A DNA stretch of 64,000 nucleotides from Paraspadella gotoi. Its lineage: Eukaryota > Animalia > Chaetognatha. Where the stretch lies: positions 1,318,537 through 1,382,536 of the forward strand of contig CM119269.1 in assembly GCA_051294375.1 (NCBI GenBank), given 5' to 3'. Every line of letters starts with the position of its first letter. The first letter of the stretch is position 1. The notes beneath the pieces are model-generated. The model saw nothing but the letters and a program-made list of their open reading frames with translations. It ran no database searches and was not told the origin of the DNA. This document shows positions 53,801-64,000 of this stretch, in pieces. The position numbers and the translations under genes are program-made.

Positions 53801-56194
53801 TGTGGCTTTTTTATCAATCAGTCTATCTGACTTGCTTACTGCAGAATATATTGGCGATTCCGTTGCGACTTCCAATGAACTAGTTTTAGAGGAAAGGAAT
53901 TTGGGAGATGTTCTATCTGTCTTTGCAAACGTTTCCTGATCAACAAGAGAAGGGCTTGATTCAGAGTTGCCTGAAGAAGAATTTGATGATGTTTCCATTA
54001 TTCCTGAGTCCGGACTATCCTGATTATATTGAATGGATTCCAGTGAAATTAATTTGGATTTCAGTGTTGGTTGTGTTATTATTCTGTTATCACAGTTTTT
54101 TGAAAGATCATCAGGTAATTCATTCAGGTACAAGCCATCTTGGCCGAAACTTTCACCTATGTGGGAAAAAGTTGTCTCATCCCTGGCGCCGTTGTCATTC
54201 GCCATTTCATTAGATAATAAAAATTGTTCCAGGGTAGAATTACTTTTTAAAGTGACTGGATTTTCCCGCAAGTAGTTTGAATTTGTTAATTCTATGTGAT
54301 TTGCCAAGCTCTGACTGAGAATATTGTTGCTTTGTTCAGTAATATTGTTGTCCAAGTCTTTAATTTCTCCAGGGTCAGATTTTGAGCCATTTTGATCAAG
54401 ATGGAGAAAATTTTGGTCTGATGTATCTTTTGGACTGAAATGCTTAATTTCAGAGTCTTTTGTTCTCTGATCATTGATTACATCATCCTCATCATCCACT
54501 GCTTTGCAAGTGCAACTATTTTCTGCCAGATTGATCAATTCATGACCCGATCCTATTGTCACCTCACTTTTATTTTCATGAATTTTGTTGGTTTCCATGC
54601 CTTCATCTAATACTTGATTACATATTTTCCCATCCTTTTTGCGTACTTTAGATGCTGTAATGTTTTCAACATTGACATTTTCTTCGACAGCAGCTATATG
54701 GACTTCATCTTTCGGAGGTGGATCATATACCAACTCTAGATCTGGCAGAGGAGACGCTTCTTCTCTCCCTTGAGGATCCAAACTTGCCGATTCCAAGCCA
54801 CTCACTAAGCCGACCTTTGATAAGTTGGAGGCCTCCTCCTCAGAAGAATCAGTACTACTCAGACGCGAATGTTCTCCTCTTCGATTATCCAACAATGAAC
54901 CCTCGATCCCCTGAGCCTTGACCTCTTTGATACCATCGAGAGCATTGATAATCTGCAATGGAAGCGCAGGGCGTGGCTCCATAATCACGACTGGGACGGA
55001 TTCCGCCAGTACCAATGGGGAAGGAGCATTTCGCGATGAAGGGGGGAGGGGTTGAGCGTCTTCTTCATCAACGGCAGACGTCCGCGGCGCGATTGGAGTT
55101 ACCCCATGAGAAGGTGGAACTGTTTGATCAATGGAATTTGATGAGTTTGAGCTTTCCGGTTTTTGTTTCTCGCTCAACAAACAAAGCTCTTCGTCTGAGG
55201 ATTCGATGTCCTTGGACGAATGCACTTGGTCCGAAGCGGACGCCAAAGTGGCGAGAGTTTTGATCGGCGCCTCGAGAGTTGCCTCAGTGGTATCCCCATC
55301 TTCTGGCGCCGGTTCATCCACGCCGCTCTCTTCATCCGATTCGACGTCTTCAGCCTCCGCCAAACCGCGACTCTCAATGAGACGAATCATCGCGAGGACG
55401 TTGACTCGCGCGTCGGCGTCGCTTCCGGGCGCGACTCCATCTGCCGGTTCCGGCGGAGTCAGTCTCGGTGGCGAGGACGTTGGGAGAGGTGGAGGAGTCG
55501 ACGGCGGCGAAGTCTCGTCCTCGTTGAGATCGGAGACCAAAGTCTCCGGGAGATCCACCGCTCGAAAGGGGTTGGTCGCATGCGTAGGAAAATTATCTTG
55601 GAAAGTTTCAGCGGTTATTGTATCGGACTTTTCTGTGTCAGTTTTTCTTTCGTCAAGAGTCGTTTCGTTTTTTATCACATCAATTTTTATCATCGAATCG
55701 GATTTTGTCATATCATCATCATTTTCGGGATCAGACGCTTCGGTTGCGTTCACATCAGTTACAATCGCATTGCTCGGATCTGCATCGGTAACGACTGCAT
55801 CGGATACGTTTGCATTAGTTTCGATCGCATCGGACGAAAGTTGAGAATTGGTGGAATCCGTTGACTCCAATCTCTTTCGTTTCTCCGCGTCCGCATCCCA
55901 GCGAATTTCGGGTTCAACTTTGTTCGCATCCCGTTCGTTTTCGTTCGCTTCCTCCAAGTCAACGCGAACGTCGGACGTCGAACGATTGTCGGAGTCCGAG
56001 TCAGAGTCGGAGTCGTCGTCGTCATCATCTTCGTCGTCGAAAAGGAACGTGATTTCCGGCGCATCGCGAAACTTTGGCGTCCGTTTCGTCGACGCGGCGA
56101 CATCTTCGTCGAATGACGCCGTCGTCGACTCGTCGGAGTAAGCTGGCGTCCACGTCATCGGAGCCTCGGCGTTTGACGAATTCTCGGTCGCCAT
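50837..56194 (-). CDS. Large single-exon low-complexity protein of unknown function (1785 aa)
   Basis: Uninterrupted 5.36-kb ORF starting gccATGG; acidic, S/P/Q-rich; KSVKF (RVxF-like) motif. No domain recognised. Confidence 0.8.
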   Translation of the reverse strand: MATENSSNAEAPMTWTPAYSDESTTASFDEDVAASTKRTPKFRDAPEITFLFDDEDDDDDDSDSDSDSDNRSTSDVRVDLEEANENERDANKVEPEIRWDADAEKRKRLESTDSTNSQLSSDAIETNANVSDAVVTDADPSNAIVTDVNATEASDPENDDDMTKSDSMIKIDVIKNETTLDERKTDTEKSDTITAETFQDNFPTHATNPFRAVDLPETLVSDLNEDETSPPSTPPPLPTSSPPRLTPPEPADGVAPGSDADARVNVLAMIRLIESRGLAEAEDVESDEESGVDEPAPEDGDTTEATLEAPIKTLATLASASDQVHSSKDIESSDEELCLLSEKQKPESSNSSNSIDQTVPPSHGVTPIAPRTSAVDEEDAQPLPPSSRNAPSPLVLAESVPVVIMEPRPALPLQIINALDGIKEVKAQGIEGSLLDNRRGEHSRLSSTDSSEEEASNLSKVGLVSGLESASLDPQGREEASPLPDLELVYDPPPKDEVHIAAVEENVNVENITASKVRKKDGKICNQVLDEGMETNKIHENKSEVTIGSGHELINLAENSCTCKAVDDEDDVINDQRTKDSEIKHFSPKDTSDQNFLHLDQNGSKSDPGEIKDLDNNITEQSNNILSQSLANHIELTNSNYLRENPVTLKSNSTLEQFLLSNEMANDNGARDETTFSHIGESFGQDGLYLNELPDDLSKNCDNRIITQPTLKSKLISLESIQYNQDSPDSGIMETSSNSSSGNSESSPSLVDQETFAKTDRTSPKFLSSKTSSLEVATESPIYSAVSKSDRLIDKKATEGNRNLSSQVSNKQASNEDRKQDITGSKHATQSKVKMSNELKGSSYLKYIDEKAIITSPFLNNVNDIRLNAEVPASAAPTLSNGSNKVSSDPQKILKSCCKSAFKSSSKKSVKFSVDYGKPTEVLEFYADDSSDDNMDPLVMVSNSHVLPSQRQKSEMEMIESLKAENFNDTNNFGDEFMITSLATAPLLQSSTMRAMIDNKISYENNSTKNNFQYTENNEHQHCYPKENEELSLFPQSVLDNVGQQNGRTKLSIEAYTNPRSKLKEKDYSKEEIDLMHKLLNLDCEPSLQNLAKLKAFTKDHLLDLQPKKPSNSQSLPVQDHENIENESLKTNLQEKASNINESVPKEDMSSQNANSKLHSEIPQIPRLRVEEDGSLTASSQASSGIKSSKVSNTTETEPSAKGDIYSEAFEACLDNVSIGYSVSDSESSPEGQDSQAGELESFVQEGQRRLERLKKTRDPVTGSPAVTSSKKLTVANRIPSDSDISTLVERERKAEILKVLSESKQSYGTLKLPSQSNISPKIFKNQIQSKPGQQIYSQKQSAQERLQVRPHSLGNSPTHLQLMPNSLSIIPQNSQSSYVRMTDPRQSLPMHNNQVVAVTASSGKQHSKSLSAGPSRPKMLRRVLPLPAQALLQQGGRSRSQTLPHPGTKPQPKQQNNFNFQRPMMQNDRFLSLTPQQKQQFLSENQRQNTQNAQYQGDYILVPQRPPNPRSQSPRWTLSPQRQGQMRQTAPPQLSYYQNPINTQRGPVSTQQQVMKRASLHSVNDLYRKHGQDGLQYQMLLKQRPHSFYSSSGTNSPIFAEIDQPVYAELSTFNSVNTSDEGAAAILKAIPEPDYPGGAASQVASSNNLSLFSMPSSHESVSLASFKPQTNNSVDSLTTTKSQVMTTSISSPIKTNAMRSQTNSAALNTNCASPAKTFEKRAFQSSRNETKQVNENKSDQKVKVDLEQSPKRAATPPKPPPRSVTPPSSLPNNGAPEIYYTMDI

Positions 56195-57862
56195 GGAAAC
56201 CGGGCTGGTCGTCGACGCCGCCGGCGTCGTTGTTGTAGTTTGGGAAGATTAATCGGCGTCAAATTAAATTTCCAATCGTTTTAGTCATTTATTTTTTTTT
56301 CATTCACAGAAGCGAATCGTGGATTTTCATGTGGGATCACGGACGGCGTTAATCGGCGTCTTCGCGGTCGGCGTCGCGGAAAATAAAAGACTTCGACGCC
56401 GCATGTTTCGCTCGGCGACGCCGGCAACGGATTGGTCAAACTGGACGATCAGTTTGAGCGTCGACGCAACTGCGTTGGCTTTCCAGACATTTCTGAAGAA
56501 ACGCGATTTGACTGTTTCGTGCTGGCGGATAAATTAGCATTAATTATTTTTATAATTCTGATAAGTTTTTGTTTGGTATTTTTTTGTTGTTGTTTTTTTT
56601 TTTTTGTTTTGTTTTGTTTTTTTTTTTCGAAAGGGCGCGAATCGGCGGGAAGTTGCGCAGTAGGAATTTTCTTTTCTTTTTTTCTAATCAGAACTTTGGA
56701 TCGAATCCCAATGCGCGGATTTCTGGGCAGTTATATCTGAAAGGAAAATAGAAAAAAGGGGAAAAAATGAATGAGAATAAATCATAAAAGCCTTTTTTTA
56801 TTAGGGTGAAAGAAGAGAGAGAGAGAGAGAGATTTTAAACATCCCGCTCGGATAAAAATATACCATATGTTCGAAGCTCATGATTGAGGCTGAGAAAACA
56901 ATAATTAGATTTTAAGAGTCGAGATCGGTTTTCAGACATTTGGAAAATACATTGACGATCACTCATATAATAATAATGAGGATAAAAAAAAAGTTTTTAA
57001 CTAATGAATTTTAAAGATGTTGGGAGAAAAAAAATCCCGCGCCCATTTTTTTTTTGTTTTTTTTTTTGCGTTTGTTCTGGAAGAGAAAATCACTTTTTGG
57101 TCGACTGGGTGGTAAATGTCTTTGAAGATCGCCATAAATTTAAATCATAGAATTGAAAAAAAACCATCGATAAACTTATAAAATGACAAAAAAAGTAAAT
57201 AAAAAAATAAATAAAAAATAAATAAACATAAAAATCCCCAAAATGAACTGGCCGTGAAAACGAATAAGGGAAAAGTACAATTAAACGTACAATGTAAATA
57301 TATACAACGTATGTACATATTTCTGTACACGAATCGAAATAAAAACTAGCTTTGTAAGCAACCCGCCAGTTTAAAAATCGGAAAAGTGACTTAATAGCTT
57401 ACATTAAATGAGAAATGTAAATAACGGCAACCGACGCTAAGAAGGCGACAGAGTTATAAATTAGTCGAGATTTAGAAGATTAACGAAAGGAACAGGAAGG
57501 AAAAAAAAAAAGCCCACAAAAAAGCTCTTTCTCTTGTGGGTAACTATAAAGAAACGAACTAATGTGGAGGACTTAAAAAGGTCTGGATTATTTAACAGGA
57601 CTCCAACTTAAAAAATAAACGATTGTTATTTCAGTAATTGTCAGGTAATTGTCTTGGATAAATCTTATTTTAAAACAAATGACGAATCAAACCAGTCACG
57701 GTTTGTTTTTAATTTTTTTTCTTTTTTTTTTTNNNNNNNNNNNNNNNNNNNNNNNNNTCATTTGGTGCATCTTTTTGATGGCTTTGGTTTTTTTTTCGGT
57801 AACAATTTCAATTTTCGTTCAATAAGGTCGCGATAATCTCCTCTTTAATTAAGTAGCTCTCT

Positions 57863-57902
<40 letters not shown>

Positions 57903-58366
57903 CTTTCTCTCGCTCTTCTCTCTCTCTCTCTCTCTCTCTCCTCCTCTCTCTCCTCGTCCCTGCTCCGTTTTCAAAGTCCCCCACGAAAAAAAAAAAGACA
58001 ACGTGTCCTTTTTTTCACTTCGGTCCCCGCAAACATTTTGCGACAGAAAAAAACAAAAAAGAAGAAAGGGGGAAAAAAAAGAGATAGCTGAGAAAAAAAG
58101 CTGCGGTTTTTCCACGTCAATTTATGGTCGCTATTTCCCTGACTTTCTCGCTAAGCCTTTCCTTCCTCCCAGTGAAAAAGATAGCTCGATGTCCAGGAAG
58201 AAATTTTTTATTTACTTATTGATTTATTATCGACTCGGAAATTGATAATATCGTCTCTTCTATTAAAAAAAAAATCGATTCGTAGGACGAACAAGTGCGC
58301 GGAAAGAAGTTTGGATTGTCGAGAGGGTTGGGCTGGGGGAGGAAAGATGGAAAAAGCGTAGAATTA

Positions 58367-58424
<58 letters not shown>

Positions 58425-59057
58425 GAGAGAAGAGAGAGAGAAAGAGAGATAAACCGACTCCCGCGGGCTTTTTTAGAGTTTCCGAGAATCTCTGCCTCAC
58501 AAAATAAAAAAAGAAATATCCCCAAATTCAAAGGAAATTCGCTTTTTTCTGTTTATCGGTTTATCTTTTTAGTTGCGTCGCGAGTACTCGCGGATCAACT
58601 CTATAAGTCATTTTCAGTCGGTCTATCAGTATGTCTGTCCATTCGGTCTGTCCTACTTACGTTAAAATGCATATATTTTTTGCCTAATAGTTGATGATTG
58701 CTCATTTGTTAAGACAGAAAAAAAACATCACATCTAAGTGCTGCTAGCGCATTCATTCACGTAGCTCATGTAATATCATGTACGAAATACTCGTGATAAG
58801 GCAGCACTGGGGCGCAACACATTTGTAATTACCCTTCTTTTTTTTCCCTTTATCTCGCTGTTTTTCAACCTCTTCCCAAACCAGCGCAATTTTTCGGCAC
58901 CGCTCCCCCCACTTGGATTCTCCCTTCTCTTCCCTCTCGCCCCCCCCTCCTTCCCCCTCGCTTTTTTTTATTTCCTAACCTAGTCCGCCTTAATTGGCTA
59001 AAAAAAAAAAGGGCTAGAAAAAATCTGCTTTATGTCGAAAGATTTCTGTTCGGAATT

Positions 59058-59780
59058 ACTGATTTGACTGAACTGAGAAGAGGCAATCCCAATGAACTGA
59101 TTTGACTGAACTGATAGAGGTATTCCCAAGTGAACTGAATTGACTGAACTGAGAAGAGGGCAATCCCAATGAACTGATTTGACTGAACTGAGAAAGGCAT
59201 TCCCATGACTGATTTGACTGAATGAGAAGAGGCAATCTCATGAACTGATTTGATTGAACTGAAAGAGCATCTCAATGAACTGATTTTGACTGAACTGAGA
59301 AGAGGCAATCTCAATGTATTGATTTGACTGAACAGAGAAGGTAATCCAATGAATGATTTGACTGAACTGAGACTAGGCAATTTAGTGTACTGATTGCTGA
59401 ACTGAGAAGAGGCATCCAATGAACTGATTTGACTGAACTTAGAAGAGTATCCCATGAACTGAATTGACTGAACTGAGAAAGGCAATCTCAATGAATGATT
59501 TGACTGAACTGAAGATTATTCTGATTTGACTAATGGAGAGCATCTCAATGTACTGATTTGACTGAACTGAGAAGAGGTATCCAATGAACTGATTTGACTG
59601 AACTGAGAAGAGGCAATCCCAATGAACTGATTTGATGAACTGAACTAGGCAATTTCGTGTACTGATTTGTCTGAACTGAGAAGAGGCAATCCAATGTACT
59701 GATAGACTGAACTGAGAAGAGGCATACCAATGTATGATTGACTGAGGATATAGCAATCCCAGTGTACTGATTTGGTATTT
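59058..59780. repeat. 38-bp minisatellite (copy 1)
   Basis: Unit tgatttgactgaactgagaagaggcaatcccaatgaac, about 19-20 degenerate copies. Confidence 0.9.
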
Positions 59781-60868
59781 GTACTGAGTTTCTCCGTGAT
59801 GCGATTTGTTCATGAAGAAAATTATTTAGTGCATCAGAGTTGGCCGAGTTAGATAGTATGTTAAAACTTTTTTAAAAAAAGTTTTAGTTTGATAAAAGAC
59901 GAAAGGAAACAAAAGAGGGCGTGGAATCGATAAAATGAAAAAAATTAAATCTTGAGAGAGATGGGAGGAAGAAAGTTGAAAAGAGAACTTGAGAAATAGT
60001 CAGAAAGAGAGAGGGAAAAAAGAAAAAAAAAAGAAAGAAAGAAAGAAAGAAAGAAAGAAAAAAGAAAGAAAGAAAGAAAGAAAGAAAGAAAAGAAGGAAA
60101 GAAAAGAAAAAAGAAAAAGAAAAAAGAAAAAAAGAAAGAAAGAAAAAAGAAGAAAGAAAAAAAGAAAGAAAGAAAGAAAGAAGAAAGAAAGAAAGAAGAA
60201 AGAAAGAAAGAAGAAAGAAAAGAAGTAAAAACCCCATAAGTTTTACATTAAAAACAATATATCAATCAATCATAAATAATCGCACTGAAAACTTGTCACA
60301 GCAAATCTTTCGGTTATACTACTACATTTTGATGGTGACATCAACGACGAGATTAATTTCAAAAAAATAATGTCAAAAAAAATTTCTAAAGTGGAACCGA
60401 ACGAGGGTCCGCCTTATCGAGACCGCCTCGCCCCTTCTGTCGGAAATCAAATTCTCAATCGACCAATTCCGCGATCTTATCTCAATTCGAGATTTTCACC
60501 GCGCCCCACTTTTTTTTCACTTCGGTCCCCCGCAAACATTTTGCGACAGAAAAACAAAAAAGAAAGAAAGGGGGAAAAAAAAGAGATAGCTGAGAAAAAA
60601 AGCTGCGGTTTTTCCACGTCAATTTATGGTCGCTATTTCCCTGACTTCTCGCTAAGCCTTTCCTTCCCTCCCAGTGAAAAAGATAGCTCGATGTCCAGGA
60701 AGAAATTTTTTATTTACTTATTGATTTATTATTGACTCGGAAATTGATAATATCGTCTCTTCTATTAAAAAAAAAATCGATTCGTAGGACGAACAAGTGC
60801 GCGGAAAGAAGTTTGGATTGTCGAGAGGGTTGGGCTGGGGGGGAGGAAAGATGGAAAAGCGTAGAATT

Positions 60869-61009
<141 letters not shown>

Positions 61010-61124
61010 TAAACCGACTCCCGCGGGCTTTTTTAGAGTTTCCGAGAATCTCTGCCTCACAAAATAAAAAAAGAAATATCCCAAATTCAAAGGAAATTCG
61101 CTTTTTTCTGTTTATCGGTTTTAT

Positions 61125-61390
61125 CTTTTTAGTTGCGTCGCGAGTACTCGCGGATCAACTCTATAAGTCACTTTTCAGTCGGTCTATCAGTATGTCTGTC
61201 CATCGGTCTGTCCTACTTACGTTAAAAATGCATATAATTTGCCTATAGTTGATGATTGCTCATTTGTTAAGACAGAAAAAAACATCAAATCTAAGTGCCT
61301 GCTAGCGCATTTCATTTCACGTAGCGTCATGTAATATCATGTCACGAGAAATACTCGTGATAAGGCAGTCACTGGGGCGCAACACATTTG
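61125..61390 (+). mobile_element. Non-autonomous Helentron/DINE-1-like (HINE) repeat
   Basis: Starts TTTTTAGTTGCGTCGCGAGTACTCGCGGATCAACTCTATA (T-run, subterminal palindrome) followed by a GTCY-like degenerate microsatellite, as in HINE elements. Copies at ~58567 and ~44220 (minus). Confidence 0.55.
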
Positions 61391-61629
61391 TATTACCCTT
61401 CTTTTTTTTCCCTTTATCTCGCTGTTTTTTCAACCCTTTCCCAAACCCGCCAATTTTTCGGCACCAGCCCCCCCCCCCACTCTGGATCTCCCCTTCTCCC
61501 TCACCTCTCGCCTCCCCCCTCCTTCCCCCTCGCTTTTTTTATTTCCTAACCTAGTCCGCCTTAATTGGCTAAAAAAAAAAAGGGCTAGAAAAAATCTGCT
61601 TTATGTCGAAAGATTTCTGTTCGGAATTA

Positions 61630-62400
61630 CTGATTTGACTGAACTGAGAAGAGGCAATCCCAATGAACTGATTTGACTGAACTGAAGAGGTATTCCCAAA
61701 TGAACTGAATTGACTGAACTGAGAAGAGGCAATCCCAATGAACTGATTTGACTGAACTGAGAAGAGGCAATCCCAATGTACTGATTTGACTGAATGAGAA
61801 GAGGCAATCTCATGAACTGATTTGATTGAACTGAGAAGAGGCAATCTCAATGAACTGATTTTGACTGAACTGAGAAGAGGCAATCTCAATGTATCTGATT
61901 TGACTGAACAGAGAAGAGGTAATCCCAATGAACTGATTTGACTGAACTGAAGACTAGGCAATTTCAGTGTACTGATTTGACTGAACTGAGAAGAGGCAAT
62001 CCAATGAACTGATTTGACTGAACTTAGAAGAGGTATTCCCAATGAACTGAATTGACTGAACTGAGAAGAGGCAATCTCAATGAACTGATTTGACTGAACT
62101 GAGAAGAGGCAATCTCAATTAACTGATTTGACTGAACTGAGAAGGAGGCCATCTCAATGTACTGATTTGACTGAAACTGAGAAGAGGTAATCCAATGAAC
62201 TGATTTGACTGAACTGAGAAGAGGCAATCCCAATGAACTGATTTGACTGAACTGAACTAGCAATTTTCAAGTGTACTGATTTGTCTGAACTGAGAAGAGG
62301 CAATCCCAATGTACTGATTAGACTGAACTGAGAAGAGGCAATCCCAATGTACTGATTTGACTGAACTGAGAATAGGCAATCCCAGTGTACTGATTTGTAT
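61630..62400. repeat. 38-bp minisatellite (copy 2)
   Basis: Same unit as 59058-59780, about 20 copies. Confidence 0.9.
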
Positions 62401-62652
62401 TTGTACTGAGTTTCTCCGTGATGCGATTTGTTCATGAAGAAAATTATTTAGTGCATCAGAGTTGGCCGAGTTAGATAGTATGTTTAAAAAAACTTTTTTA
62501 AAAAAAGTTTTAGTTTGATAAAAGGAAGAAAGGAAACAAAAGAGGGCGTGGATCGATAAAATGAAAAAAATTAAATCTTGAGAGAGATGGGAGGAAGAAA
62601 GTTGAAAAGAGAACTTGAGAAATAGTCAGAAAGAGAGAGGGAAAAAGAAAAA

Positions 62653-62700
<48 letters not shown>

Positions 62701-62781
62701 AAAGAAAAGAAGGAAAGAAAGAAAAAAGAAAGAAAGAAAGAAAGAAAAAAAGAAAGAAAGAAAAAAAGAAAGAAAGAAAAA

Positions 62782-62825
<44 letters not shown>

Positions 62826-63541
62826 AAAGAAGTAAAAAACCCCATAAGTTTTTACATTAAAACAATATATCAATCAATCAATAAATCAATCGTCACTGAA
62901 AACTTGTCACAGCAAATTCTTTCGGTTACTACTACATTTTGATGGTGACATCACGACGAGATTAATTTCAAAAAAATAATTGTCAAAAATAAATTTCTAA
63001 GTGGAACCGAACGAGGTCCGCCCTTTCGAGACGCCTCGCCCCCTTCTGTCGGAATCAAAATTCTCCTCGACCAAATTCCGCGATCTTATCTCATTCGAGA
63101 TTTTCACCCGCGCCCCCGGGTCACGTGACAATCGCGTCCTCGTCACATTCGACTTAAGTCGGTCGGTCTCTTCGATCCTGAGTCGTTTTAATTCTTTTCT
63201 TGACGCCGAGGGTCAATCGTCTACCGTCGACACATCCCCCCCCCGTCCCATCCCGAACTCTGTCACGCGTCAGAATGAACCCGAGCTGTCGTATCGGTAT
63301 CACGTGACTGGCTTTCTTCATCACGTGATTTGTCGAATGTCGATAACGAGATTACACGCCCCCCGAATTCTTTTCTCGATTCCTTCTTGCGATTCCTTCC
63401 GCGCTTTTCGTTAGACGCCAGTGCGAGACATTGAGAATTTGAGACGTCCAGTCTCCATTTCGATTTTCAAGTTTGTTTTGTTTTGTTCCTTCGGTTTCGC
63501 AGCTCAAGAGTTTTGTCATTTACGATCCATCGCCACGCAAG

Positions 63542-64000
63542 ATGGCGCCGCGGCGTTTCTTCGTTCCCGCCCTTTGTCTCGTCCTGTTGCTAGTCCATGC
63601 CTCTCGGTCAGCAACGAGCACGCCGAAGCCGAAGAGGATCCCCGTTGTGGCGGACGCCTTCAGCTTCAAGGCGGAGTTGATCCAACCCAGTTCCAAAATG
63701 TATGACAAAAACATCCTGAGGACCCAAGAGCAATGGTACAGCTTCAAGTCCAAACTGACACGAGTAGACATCAAGCCGCTCGGCGAGGGAGTGATCGGTG
63801 ACCTCTGGGACTTTGCCTACGGAACCAACCCGCTGTCCGTCGTTCACGACTTCAACTCGGGCCACTCGTACATCATGGACAAGGTGATTGGCAACTGCAC
63901 CATAGCCAAAATCAAACCGAGCTTGGACGACGTCATGAAGCCCAACCACCTTGTCCAAATGCTCAACGCTTCCGAGTTCTTTAGTCTCTCGGGGGCCGAC
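63542..64000 (+). CDS. 5' part of a secreted/membrane protein with an ependymin/LolA-like domain (runs off the window)
   Basis: Open from ATG 63542 to the window end, so it is absent from the ORF track. Signal peptide MAPRRFFVPALCLVLLLVHA, then ...QWYSFKSKLTRVD...GTNPLSVVHDFNSGHSYIMDKVIGNCTI. The family is assigned from recalled motif resemblance. Confidence 0.7.
   Translation, partial: MAPRRFFVPALCLVLLLVHASRSATSTPKPKRIPVVADAFSFKAELIQPSSKMYDKNILRTQEQWYSFKSKLTRVDIKPLGEGVIGDLWDFAYGTNPLSVVHDFNSGHSYIMDKVIGNCTIAKIKPSLDDVMKPNHLVQMLNASEFFSLSGAD

Noticed and set aside
55131-55864. 237-aa and 214-aa plus-strand ORFs
   Set aside because: Antisense shadows of the GC-rich 5' part of the 1785-aa ORF.

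Overview
Compact, intron-containing animal (invertebrate-like) genomic DNA rich in (AG)n/(GAAA)n microsatellites, with three short N-gaps. Recognisable genes: SNX3/12-type sorting nexin (+), AMPK catalytic alpha subunit (-, 13 exons), a CNC/Nrf1-like bZIP factor (+, head-to-head with AMPK), a single-exon 1785-aa low-complexity orphan (-), the 5' part of a secreted ependymin/LolA-like protein at the right edge, and three intact paralogs (plus two indel-ridden copies) of a putative permuted papain-like His/Cys protein. Mobile DNA includes a decayed LINE, Penelope-like fragments with three minimal hammerhead ribozymes, Helentron-type (HINE-like) repeats, a foldback element and minisatellites. Two tandem duplications (~7 kb and ~2.5 kb) look like assembly artefacts. 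The most unusual signal is a ~230-bp dispersed repeat in sense orientation in introns of the peptidase-like genes. It joins a tRNA(Gly)-like, Pol III-type head to a circularly permuted (type-P5) twister-ribozyme-like module, both enclosed by a 9-bp inverted repeat. A second, more divergent structured element with a twister-like P3/P4 core lies at ~6.2-6.5 kb. All structures were folded and all exons translated by eye; no search was run.
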